From assembly GCA_048013815.1 (NCBI GenBank), contig CM106586.1, positions 6,014,001 to 6,078,000 of the forward strand: a stretch of DNA of 64,000 nt, read 5' to 3'. The translations under genes were made by a program, and so were the position numbers. Of this stretch, positions 1 through 11,130 are shown piece after piece. Every line of letters starts with the position of its first letter. The stretch's first letter is position 1. The stretch is from Setoptus koraiensis. Its lineage: Eukaryota > Animalia > Arthropoda. The notes under the pieces were generated by a model that saw only the letters and a list, made by a program, of their open reading frames with translations, did not search any database and had not been told where the DNA came from.

Positions 1-1234
1 TTGGTTGAATTAATTGGTTGGTTGGTGTATGGAAGTAGGCTGGATTAACAGTATTAAAAGAGTCCATTTGCTGCGGTTGCGGTGTCAATGGTTGTTGCTG
101 CGGCGCTAATTGTTGCTGCGGCTGTATCTGATAATTGTTGTTATGGTAGTCCATCGCTGGATTGATTGGTGGCCCGTTGTTTCCTAGTGGTGGCGATTGG
201 TTTGCCGCCTCTATTGATTGTAAGTTGTCGACGAACATCCTGCAAACAATCACCGACACATAGTGTAAACCGAGAGTGCTCGGGTTGGATTCGACTAAAT
301 CTTTCGCTAGTGCTTGCGGAGATATTGTCGTGCGCAATAGATTGTCAACGTAACCACTGTATTGATTTGACAAGTCGAGCAGATTTTGACAGTCATTCTG
401 GAGACTTTGCATAACTTTATTCTGAGGCTGATTCGGTGCCATCACTTGCCCATTGATGTTACTTTCAGCCACTGAAGTGGTCGTCTTTTTGTCTTCTGTT
501 TGTCTAAGTTCAGCATCGCTCAACACTTTTGTCTGGTGCCTTGTCGCGACAATGGGTTGCCGTGGCTGGAGTTGCTGATAACTAGGCGCAATTGCTTGAT
601 TTAAGTTGTAAGTGCTATAGTTATTATTGTTAAATGCACCCATCCGCGTCAAAACTTGATAAACAGTCCTAACAAATTCTGAATTGTCCGAGCTTGTCGA
701 TACATCCGTAGATCGGTTGTTCTGTGCATTTTGGTACATGTTGGTGGCAACATGGAATTTATTTATCCAATCAAACAGTGAATTAGACAGTCTGGCCTCC
801 TGTACAGTGTAGTAACCGAGATTCGTTATGAAATTTCTCAGGTTATCATTGACCATTTGTGACCAGACAAACGAATGCTGCACAAAATGACAAGCGCAAC
901 CCTCTGCGAACTCCATTCTAGCCATGGCATTTTTATTATTTGCCTTATGTGATGAATTTTGTTGACCATTCAAATTAGATTGATAGTTGTTATTATTGTT
1001 AGTTGTTGTTTGATATATGAATGGAGGCGATTCACAATCGCTAAAATCAGAGAACTTCGACACTCTATTGCTGGGAGAGAAACAATATCTCAGGGCATTA
1101 TTGAGATCTGATTTACGATCAGTCGATTCATTTGGATTGACAATATAATATGGGTCAGCACCGAAAGAACTCTCAAGCAGAAAGAAACAATAAAATATGT
1201 AAACCGGAAATAACTTTTTCAGTGATAGCATCAT
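1..1234 (-). CDS. Partial (3'-truncated by window edge) putative secreted protein, >=411 aa, N/Q/P-rich
   Basis: Manual minus-strand translation is open from ATG at 1234 to base 1. It starts MMLSLKKLFPVYIFYCFFLLESSFGADPY (signal-peptide-like), has a mid region MEFAEGCACHFVQHSFVW and a Q/P-rich tail QPQQQLAPQQQPLTPQPQQ. Absent from the ORF track because no stop falls in the window. Confidence 0.7.
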   Translation of the reverse strand, partial: MMLSLKKLFPVYIFYCFFLLESSFGADPYYIVNPNESTDRKSDLNNALRYCFSPSNRVSKFSDFSDCESPPFIYQTTTNNNNNYQSNLNGQQNSSHKANNKNAMARMEFAEGCACHFVQHSFVWSQMVNDNLRNFITNLGYYTVQEARLSNSLFDWINKFHVATNMYQNAQNNRSTDVSTSSDNSEFVRTVYQVLTRMGAFNNNNYSTYNLNQAIAPSYQQLQPRQPIVATRHQTKVLSDAELRQTEDKKTTTSVAESNINGQVMAPNQPQNKVMQSLQNDCQNLLDLSNQYSGYVDNLLRTTISPQALAKDLVESNPSTLGLHYVSVIVCRMFVDNLQSIEAANQSPPLGNNGPPINPAMDYHNNNYQIQPQQQLAPQQQPLTPQPQQMDSFNTVNPAYFHTPTNQLIQP

Positions 1235-2776
1235 CTTCTCTGCGACTCTCTCAGATGCTATGTATTGATTTAATAGTATCCTGGGGATGTTGGTTTAATT
1301 GATTTGATAATAGGGATAATAATACAACTAATATTTTGATCAGAGTTTCAGATCAGAGCAAATCAGACGAATACGAACGTGTGTGTCGAAAGCTTTCGAT
1401 ATCAATATTTTTCTCTGCACTCGTTCTATAAATAAACTATTTTACACATGGGGACGTCGCTGATTCTCTTCGGAATTCAGACCATCAAATGCAAATACAT
1501 TTTAATGCTCATGATTCATTGAGATATAGCGAAAGGTTTTTGTAATGTACCTCTATCCGAGAATAAGCGTGGAGGTTGAGTGGGGTATCAGTTCCATTAG
1601 TATGGATTTACCGGATCTAACATAATGTAAATCGCGTTGTTTTGATAGTTTAGATGGCTCTCTAGTCTCGCTCCGTGCCGGAACCCAGATATATCCATAG
1701 TTCGGAGTGTTCAATATCAATTGGTGGGAAGAATGCAGAGCACATTGTAGCGAGAAGTGATTTTGAACAATTCAATATGAGATGCAAAACATGACATATA
1801 CTCGTCATGAGTGTCGATATCACCTGTCAGTAAGCAGTTGCAGGGAAATCCATCGAAAGACAAGCTGTCTCTCTCCGACCGACGCAAACTTTTAAAATTC
1901 GTACCCGAGAATACCGTCCAAGGCTTTTTCAGGATATATTTGTTGTTGTTTTCAATGATATCATCAATATCGTTATCACCAACCTTGAGTACAGAATAGT
2001 AGGATTTTTAGACCAACTTAACAGCTATTCGACATCAAAAACCTTTTGAAATAAACCCTTTATGACACCCATGAGTGACGGGCCACCTCACTAGAAACCA
2101 GTTGTGGTGGCGCGACAACCTATCGGGTATCGAATGTGTGTTCAGTGAACGCTGTTCACAATCAATCTCTAAAAACCATTTTTGATCGGAACTAAACTTA
2201 CTTCATGGTATGAAGATACAGAGAACATCCTCCAATTTACATTAGGACCTATGTCATGTATACATTATTAACCTATCATAAAACATGACAGCATTTTTTA
2301 TTTTTCTATCAGAGAGACAATCATGTGCTGAGACAGTAATAATAGTATCAATAAAATAATCATAGTCAATCTATAAATAGATTGTTATACCTCAATGAGC
2401 TCACTAAATATACGCTGGTTAGTTGTTATGCCTAAGTTCCTTCCTTGTCACAATGTCATTATCTGGTATAGGTGATGGTAACAATATAAGAAATTTATGT
2501 CACACAAGGTTGTTACTTGGCCCGTGACTGCCAACACAAGGCTGAGCGGAAACATGGTGGAGAATATCTCAACAAACCGTGAGGCCGCCAATTTATTCTC
2601 TCGGCGTCAATTCATTCAGAGAATAGTTGATAATTGAAAGTTGGATGGGACGCTCCTGCTGAAATGTACAAGAGCATTTCTACATAATATATTAGGTAGT
2701 GATATATATACATATAAATATACATATACATATATTTGCAATTTTAAGACATGTTTCTAGCTTGAGTGAGAGACAA

Positions 2777-4157
2777 CTAAAACAACGAAGTTACGTCTTT
2801 GGCTTTCATCATCTGAGCGCAAGTAAAGCAAAATAATCTATACACAGCCAGGTAGAATACCAATAAATAGAATATATGGACGGCTATCACTTTAGTCCAG
2901 TCAAGTTGAGTCGTTCGCATTGATTTACCATGTTGTTCTAGAAATTTATCACGATCTTCATAGAATGATTTGATAAGCTCTTCTTTTTCCATCCATATAT
3001 TCCTCAGCCATTCATCTGAAAGGGAAAGTGATTCACGTCTCATGATCTTGTAATGTATGAATACAGGCTCTGTTGTATTAAAAAAATCATAATCAAATGA
3101 AAACAGAGCATCAGTTGAGAATAAGAATCTATATTTAAACTGTTTCGTGAGAATGGAGCAAATCGAAGTTGTCTACTTACCAACACGACCTCCGAATGCT
3201 ATGTCTAGAATTGAAAGAGGATCTTTCTGGTTTTTGTACAGCAGAGTCACATCAACAATATGTGTAACTCTAATCTCCGGACCAATCAAATCTTTGAAGG
3301 CTTTAAATCTTGGATGTGTGACATGCTGAGTGGTGAGTAAACCATTTTTCATTGCGTATCTATTGGACCCTTCTAACCTTTTACATAGGAACCCGCCCTC
3401 CGGAAAGAGAACCAACAGATTTCGGTCTGGATGTTTCAAGACTTGATTGCGTAGAGCACCCTCTGTAAATGTGTCTTTGGCTATAAAAAAGTCTCCATGA
3501 GATCCACATACAAGACCAAAATTGGTTGGTTTAAACTGCGTTTGTTTGTAGCGTGGAAGACATTGAATATATAAGAATGTAAAATATTGAATCTTACGAC
3601 TTGCGCATGGAATTTGAAAAAGCGAGGCTCGATTAGTAATCAATTACTGACGAGCTGATACTTACGATCGCATCGAGTACCCACAGTATCGATTGACTGG
3701 TGACCCCAGATAAGGACTGCATCAACAAAGGTACATCGGATGTGGATATATGATTGCTCAACATTAACAATCTCGGCTTAGTGTTGGTATTGCTATTGAT
3801 TCTAACATCAGCACTATCATAATTCTCGAGTAAAGTTACGTAATCGTCCCCTATTTCGTTAACTGTAATACCTGCAGCTAAGCTCCAGGAAGAGACTATG
3901 TAAAGTAGTGAATTGTATAAGTGATTCTCAATTCTTGAGTATAGGTCTGGCCTAACCCAACTAATAGGCAATAGCACCATCCAGGTTAAAACAAGATAAC
4001 TAGAGACTACATAAATGTTTTCAATTATTATGGCTATCAATCTAATAAATCCATATGTTTTCTTTAATAGTGTGTCTCTGGCTTTGATTTGATGAATTGG
4101 TCTATAAGTCTTCCATCTATCACCAATATTAATACGATGATTGGCGATAACTGTCAT
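2777..4157 (-). CDS. LPGAT1: Acyl-CoA:lysophosphatidylglycerol acyltransferase 1-like; 3 exons: 4157-3666, 3535-3181, 3069-2777
   Basis: Acyltransferase motifs NHISTSD (NHxxxxD) and FPEGG. Spliced join VLDAI|FKPTNFGLVCGSHGDFFI matches the LPGAT1 pattern. GTAAGT donors at 3665 and 3180, CAG acceptors at 3536-3538 and 3070-3072, phases compatible. C-terminal transmembrane stretch present. Confidence 0.85.
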
Positions 4158-5037
4158 GTTTTCGGAGAAGTATGTGGTTGATGTTAGTTCAGGTGTTTAT
4201 GTTGTTACAATATGATGTATAATGACGCTATAATATACGCTCAATCTAGCTGAAGTTAGTTGTTTAGCGTTTATATGAGATCCGCTTAGAGCTGTCCCGA
4301 GATATTAATATGAAATATTAAAGTATTTTGTTGTTGATATTTCCTCCTATCTTTCCTCTTATGATTACTGTTAGATTGCGTCAAATATTTACTATCAGTC
4401 ATATATCACACAAACACAGACAAACACAATCGCACGCACATTTGCGACAAAAATTGTTGTTACAATCAGTCTTAAAGTTTATATATCTAGTAATGATAAT
4501 AATTATGTGGCTCGCCAACTAGCAGCAGCGAGTAGACTGCAAATTGACAACGGCCATACAACGAACATATGTTTTGCTAGTGAGGTCTCTATTGGCAACA
4601 ATTTAAAGACAATTGTATCATGTGTCGAGCGGCGAACAAGATGGTCGATTGGTTAACAGACCATTAATTTTAGGTGAGTGTGTAGTGTTCATAAATAATA
4701 TCCAACAATGATGATTTGTGTTTGAATTGCGTGAGCGTGATCACTCCTCGGTAGCCAATTATTATTGTTATTGTTATGGCTGTTGCTGATGATGCTGTAT
4801 AAATCTATCAAGACGTCGTGTGTTGGTGATTAAATAATCTAGAACAACACACACAAATGGCATAAATATAAATATGTATATGGTATGATATAATATGATA
4901 ATATACAAAAAAAAATTGTCGGTATTCCAATGTTAATCTTGAGTGTGTATCTATGCTCGCAGTGCATATCTTATCTCTCCACTCTCACCCTCCGCAATCC
5001 ATCTTGTGCATAGCTTACATGTCTAGCATTGTGTGTG

Positions 5038-5061
5038 ACACACACACACACACACACACAC
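5038..5061. repeat. (AC)n microsatellite
   Basis: About 12 uninterrupted AC units. Confidence 0.9.
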
Positions 5062-5552
5062 TGATTGTATGCACATTGTAAAGTGCAACCAATTTAAGTG
5101 CAACGGCTGTCATCTACGCGCACATTGGCGCCACCTACATGATGAGTTGATATTAAGAATTGGCGCAGATAGAGAACACATAAAATGTGTGGTGGCGGTG
5201 CCGTTTACTCTTCTTGATGAGCATGCGTTCTTACAAATGCATGGATTCGTCGGTGGTTTGCTCCCCTTAGGTTCTGCTGGTTTCTATCCTATCGTTGGAA
5301 CACAATTATCTTTATTACATGCGCCAAATCAACAATGTAGATCATCATCAATCTCTCCGGCACCTCATATAGTCACCGATTTATCACCGAAATTGTCACT
5401 ATACTCACTAATGATTTACCACCACCACCACCTATTGAACATTTACTTTCTATTAGAATCTCCATAAGCTGTTACACAATATTTATATTTCATTATATTT
5501 TTGTTTGTTATCCTTACCAACTATCATCACCATCGCAAATTATAGTTGCAAC

Positions 5553-5936
5553 ATGGTGAAGGAAAAAAATTCAACATTATCCAGCGATGACAATTTAATT
5601 AAACTGTATGAGTACCGAATCAAGAAACAGGAAGAACTTATATCGAGGCTCCGCACAGGCTTCTATCACAAGATGGCTTTGCAAACGGACACAAACATGA
5701 TACGTGGTTTAGCACAAGGAGACTTGAAACTATTGAAAGACAAACTAGCAACTCATAAGAAACAATACAAGGCCAACAAAATCAAAAAAGGCGACCAGCA
5801 ACAACAGGAGAATTCTATTAAGTCAAATTCATTAGATAATAAACAAGACATAGAAAAGCTTAAGGAGAGAGCTCTCAACAGTGACATGTATGTCTTGTTG
5901 TCAAATAGGCCGCTTGTGCCTGTCAGCCATTCGTGA
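5553..5936 (+). CDS. Hypothetical Lys/Glu/Gln-rich coiled-coil protein, 127 aa
   Basis: ATG at 5553 in ACATGG context; open frame MVKEKNSTLSSDDNLIKLYEYRIKKQEELISRL... with helical heptad-like composition; no family recognised. Confidence 0.45.
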   Translation: MVKEKNSTLSSDDNLIKLYEYRIKKQEELISRLRTGFYHKMALQTDTNMIRGLAQGDLKLLKDKLATHKKQYKANKIKKGDQQQQENSIKSNSLDNKQDIEKLKERALNSDMYVLLSNRPLVPVSHS

Positions 5937-6528
5937 CCATTTTGGAAGAAAACCACCAGTTCTCCATCTTGATACTGTATTTGTTTCTGAGCGGTATTCG
6001 TGTATTGTAACCACTCTTTTCATATGCTGTTATATAGATACCGTCCTATGTATATTTCAATGTGTTTAAATTTGTGTTCGGCATTTACCTATAAAAATCA
6101 ACTTTGCAAAAGCCCGCAAGGTTATATAAACAATTTGTTATCGCTGGCTCTCTGATTAATTTTATCTATTGATGATGATATTAATCTATTGTCTAATGTG
6201 AACTGTTCCCTGCCATTAAAGTACTAGGAAGTTACACGCTCATGACTTTTTGTGCTGATGGAAACTCTATTTCAATTTCTTCTGTCGCATCATTCTCGAA
6301 TGTAATAAAAACGCGTTCTCGTAGTGGAAAATAAGCTTAACGCTGCCCGAAATCTACTCTGTGGCGCAATCTCAAGCTATTCCGGTAACATTGTTGATAG
6401 TGTACACTTGATTTAAAGACATATACATTCTGGCTCGCTCTTTTTCTTATTGGTCATTGCTACATGCGACTCATTATGCAACAAATCACTTCCGGAGAAG
6501 CTAACTGGTCTATCTACATAATGAACTG

Positions 6529-8435
6529 ATGAATAATTGGAATACGACACAGAATCAATACGAGGAGATAGAACTCAATTATGGCCCATTTAAAGATAGA
6601 TCAGAAAGCGAAACTATCGTTATTGCGTCAACAAGTAAATGCTCGCCATCGATTGAAGGAAGAGACCCGACTGAGGAAGGTGAGAGAGATTATACTATGG
6701 GCCCGGGTATGCCAGCGCGCATTTCATCGTCCTCCCAAGCAAACAATACGGTGATTATAGAGGAAGATGAAACATATTCTGCTGAGCATGAATTAAAAAA
6801 ACTAATCGATTCGAAACGCAAGCTTGTTATGTCGGTCGCAGTCCATTAGCAGACCATCGTTTGATAGATATCAACTTTGTGATTACAACTGAGATGAACC
6901 ATGAAACTTCAAGGTGCACATTTGAAGCAAAGGAAAGCCGAAACTCAGTCAAGGAAATCTCTATAGTACTACTAAACAAATTCGAAAGGATGCCGGACCA
7001 ACATACAGTATTGGGACTTGTAAAAATTGATATGATTGACACGACATTGTCAAATTTAAGAACTCTCATATTTAAAAATGTGCTCTATTTGCCTGAAAAT
7101 TTCACTTTCTTACAAAAAGATAGTGATATTATTACATATACTCCCAGAAATCAAGACGAATACAAGACAGCGTGTGATTTGATAAATTGGCATGGCTCAA
7201 GAAAGGACGAAGGTTCCGTTTTCATTATTCAAAGCTCCGATCCAAAATTGAAAATTGGAATAGTTGAATGCACGGGTGCGGGAGTGTGCCTCGGCTCGAT
7301 AATTTGTAATAAAGAAGATTGCCTATCTGATTTGCGTCAAGAAATCGACACGCACTCTTCTGACAAGTATGTAGATGACGGTGAAAATCTATACTCCAGA
7401 CTGAAAAATTTCATATTCTTAGATGAACGCTTTTGGCCCATAACACCCCAGCAAGAATCATCCATTGCAATTATCACTATTGTAGGCAAAAATCAAACCG
7501 TAGCCATCAAGAGTGGTTCGCTATCCGACACCACGGTGTTTGTCGGGCATGGAAAGTCCAGTCTTGTTATCCATGACGAAGAGAATACAACTAAAAGTGA
7601 GGAATCATTTGAAGTTTTGAATAATGACACATCAGGCTACAAAACGCCAGCTAGCAATTCATCACTAATACTTGGATCAAAGGACATCACATTGAAAGAA
7701 AGAGGAAATTCGAAATACTAGAATTTTTCGTTGAAAAATGAGTCTAGCTGTTGACTCACTGAAGCCATCGATCGACATAGATCAATCAGGGCAAATAAGC
7801 AAAATCAAAACGGAATATAAACATGAGATCAAGTATGTTGAAGTGAGACAAGAAGAGGAGAGTACCGCGACTTGCACCAGCGATAAAAGCATTGATAAAC
7901 AAGTGGTGATCTCCTATGGGCGGCGAGAGGCAGCAGTTCATGCCCTCGATCTAAAAATGGCCCTTGAAAAGTTGGGACTAATTGTTTATTTGGATATCCA
8001 TCGAATCAAAAGTTGATCAGATTGGCAAGATTGATTGAACGATGCAATCTGTGGCTGTTCCGTATTTGTACCTTTAGTGACATAATTCTATGGACAGACA
8101 TTGTGGTCGAACAGAGAAGTTAAACTTGCGGATGTGCTTAAAAAACACATAATTCCAGTGAATTTTGGTCAAATCTGGCTACCACCTTGTTTGGCGATAC
8201 AATTTGCAACAACACAGTATATCTGTTGGAGACCCAACGGAGAATGCTATTCAAATGGTGATTCTTCAAAAGGGGACGGATGTCTTCATTGGCCCAAGAG
8301 TGTATATCTGAAGTTGCTGTTATGATTAAAAATAATTTGAGAATTGCCGAATCATTGGATGTCAAAAAGATGGGAGATCCTTCGATGGAATTTGTTGATG
8401 CAGGCAGAAAAGATGATTCATGGGTAACTTTTTAA
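6529..8435 (+). pseudogene. TIR-domain (TIR_2-like) protein gene, disrupted
   Basis: C-terminal VVISYGRREAA..ALDLKMALEKLGLIVYLDIHRIKS*SDWQD*LNDAICGCSVFVPLVT*FYGQTLWSNREVKLAD..PPCLAIQFAT is a TIR fold signature. In-frame stops at 8014, 8032, 8083 and also 6847, 6859, 7719; frameshifts near 7730 and 8295. Confidence 0.75.
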
Positions 8436-8992
8436 AACCCGGATGATCAGAAAGCCGAAATTCAGATGGACGATCTTCTCAAGGACAAAATATCATTGAG
8501 TCGACATCTTATAGATAATTCAGAGAATTGAACTGTACGAATCAAGAGAACTGTCTTGTGAGATGAATCTCGAGGCTCGATTTGAAAATGTAGTCTGATC
8601 TATCATTTCTACTTTTATTGGGGGTCTCACGCGCTCGAATATCTTAATCAAGATATCTTTGCACACTCATTTAAAAGCAGAGGAATTGTCTCGCTTCGGA
8701 GTGTTTATATTTTTGGTCTTCGATTTTTGAAAATAGAGTTTGGTTAAAAAGGTCTCTTTCAGGTAGAGGCAGAAATCTGGTTGATTTCTGTTTCTGGTTT
8801 TTCGTTCACCAGGCACGCCCACTTATGTCAGAACTTCAACTTTGAGGCCCCGTTTCACCCTGAGAGAGCTGAAATACCTATGTAGGATAAATGCGTCGGA
8901 TCGATTTTGTGTGTCTATAACTTCTGAATGTGCAACTCTTTCTGTGTGTGTTGATGAATTTCAGTTGATTTTTGATTCATTTGATTGACAAA

Positions 8993-9470
8993 ATGAGCGA
9001 TTTTAAGAGAGGCTTTGTATACTCCTTTTTGAGGGATAATTGGTCCTATTCTCGATAATTAAGCGATGCAGAGAAGAAAATATGACTATTTCGAACACTT
9101 TCATAAGTAATGTCAAGTAGAAGTTGGATGGAAGACCCGAAACACCCAAGAACAAGTTAAAACCAGGCCGCAAGCCGAAGCTGTCCCCCAGACAGCAAGG
9201 CGCCTTACGAAGTAAGTTGCTGAATGAGAATCCTACAACCATAACAAAGCTCGCAGCTGATTATAAAGTTGATAGAGCGACTATTCGCTACTATCGAGAC
9301 AAAAAGTTCGGCTTCAAAAAAAGAAAGAAGCGCCGTGTCCATGCGCTCACAGAACGCGCCATGAAGCAGGGGCACCAGAGATCATGGCAGCTCTATAGGG
9401 CCCTAGGTGGAAGGACATGGCGAAATTGAATAACGAGTGACGAGAAGAAGTTCGTCATAGCCGAATTCAA
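8993..9470 (+). mobile_element. Tc1/mariner transposase 5' fragment (HTH to first catalytic D), inactive
   Basis: MSDFKRGF... start at 8993 with stops and a frameshift, then PGRKPKLS, an HTH-like segment and ITSDEKKF (first D motif). Sequence then switches to the opposite-strand hAT fragment. Confidence 0.7.
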
Positions 9471-10450
9471 TTTCAATTCATTTTCATCAGTGCCAGTTAC
9501 ATTCATGAATAAGTCGTCAAGTAGAATCTTGCGTTGATTGCGAGGCACTGCTAGTCTATAATGACGAATTATCAGCTGAGGAATCATGGGTGCCTACCAA
9601 GTCTCTGATCATTTGTACTGTATCGTCCATTCTCTTGTTCCTGATGTAAGTGGTTTTGAGTCTCGGATCGAGGACATATGCCATGAATGCTTAATCACAA
9701 CTTAATGCGTTCTGATATTCTTTGAGTTTAGCCAATAAACGACTCGAGGCTGCTTTGATCGCATCATTACTGTAATCTTTGGACGCGTGTGCTATCATCT
9801 TGGGGAGAAGCCTCATAGTCACAGATAATACAGAATACTTCGAGCCTGACATTCTCTCGGTTACTTCATAGAAAGGCTTTAAGAATTGGATCAATGCTTC
9901 AATAACACTCCAATTGATCTCCCCACAGCCTGCGATGTCAGGCATTTTTTCTCGGGCTTTAACGACAGCATTTCTCAACACATTTACCCGATGCAGCAAT
10001 AAATACGTACTGTTCCATCTTGTCTCAGCATCAAGGACGAGGCGCTGAGGTTTGGCTAGATTTAAAACTTTTGCGCCGATAAGTTCTTCTTGGATTTTCT
10101 TGAAGGCCACCCATCTTTTTGTGGATCCGGAGATAGCATCAACGAGTAGTTTTACTGGCTTGATTGTTGATTTGAGTGCCTTAAGAGCAACCGAGATGCC
10201 CAGATTGATTATATGGGCGATGCATCGGACACGCGTACATTTCAAATTGAAAGTAGCAGTCCTATGCGCCGAAACAATATATTGTTCCAAAGCTGATACG
10301 TTCGAGCTGGCATTGTCGGTTGTTAATGAAACAACCTTATTCGTCAGACCATATTCATCGATGACTTTCCTTAGAAAATCACGGATGCATATAGCGTTTG
10401 TGCATGTAGCATTGTGCGGATGGGGTTAATATTCGAAGTCACGCATGACT
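9460..10450 (-). mobile_element. hAT (ZBED1/Ac-like) transposase fragment, inactive
   Basis: hAT motifs TTDNASSN, RCIAHIINL (CxxH), ETRWNSTY and, beyond an in-frame stop at 9691, AYVLDPRLK. Confidence 0.85.
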
Positions 10451-10569
10451 TGCTTAAGTTAAAACTCATGATCCAACGTGACCAAAGTGTCTATGTGAGT
10501 TTGTCTTTGCGGTTTTTGCGCTCGCTCTCGTCGCTTGCTTACATACATAAATAGTATCTATAGGCGAAA

Positions 10570-11020
10570 CAGAGTACTTCTATTCCAGATTGGGTATTCT
10601 GGAGATGTAGAAATCTACAGTTTCTAAGATAACCGAGGTACCGCACAGTGGGCGTTTTAGGATACCCGATGACCGCTAGAGTTCTTCGCAGCGTACCCAA
10701 ATGTATTTTCGGTACTAATAGGGTACATCAGAGAAACCCTTGTTTTTTTAAATATATTCTGGACGCGAAGAAGTGACCTGGAATTAAGATACCTGGGGTT
10801 GGGTATTATGGGCATTTCAGCATAACTCATGATCACGACTTCATGAGTGTGGCGTGACCGTAGAGGGTAGCTTCAGATGCCCCACGCGACCCGTCAGCTC
10901 CCAACGCAATTCTATCCGAATATCTGATAGAATCCCTATGTAGACGTCACAGGATGACTGACTGCTTTGTCAGGCGGCCGCCCCCTCCCCTTTGGAGTAG
11001 CCCAGTTCGCAACAACAACC
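10570..11020 (-). mobile_element. Degenerate, core-less relative of the 23.6-kb MITE family
   Basis: 10585-10900 aligns by eye as the reverse complement of 24265-24640 (e.g. AAAACGCCCACTGTGCGGTACCTCGG). The region ends in GTTCGCAACAACAACC at 11020, like the family terminus ATTCGCTACAACAACC. Confidence 0.55.
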
Positions 11021-11130
11021 AATAAGTTATTGTAGATAATCGAAGAGAAATCAAATATGCACTTGTTAAATCAAGCGAGAGATTTTTAGAGGAAAATAGA
11101 GAGATCTTTGCTGTTTTAGTGCTAGTCCTA

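Noticed and set aside
1570-2010. Minus-strand protein-like frame (YYSVLKVGDNDIDD...GFPCNCLLTG...)
   Set aside because: No start codon, internal stops and no recognisable family; possibly a pseudogene or an exon I cannot place.
5069-5467. 132-aa plus-strand ORF
   Set aside because: No motif, atypical composition and starts right after a microsatellite; likely chance.
6847-8085. Stop-codon reassignment or readthrough in the TIR gene
   Set aside because: All three stop types and frameshifts occur, and neighbouring genes use the standard code.
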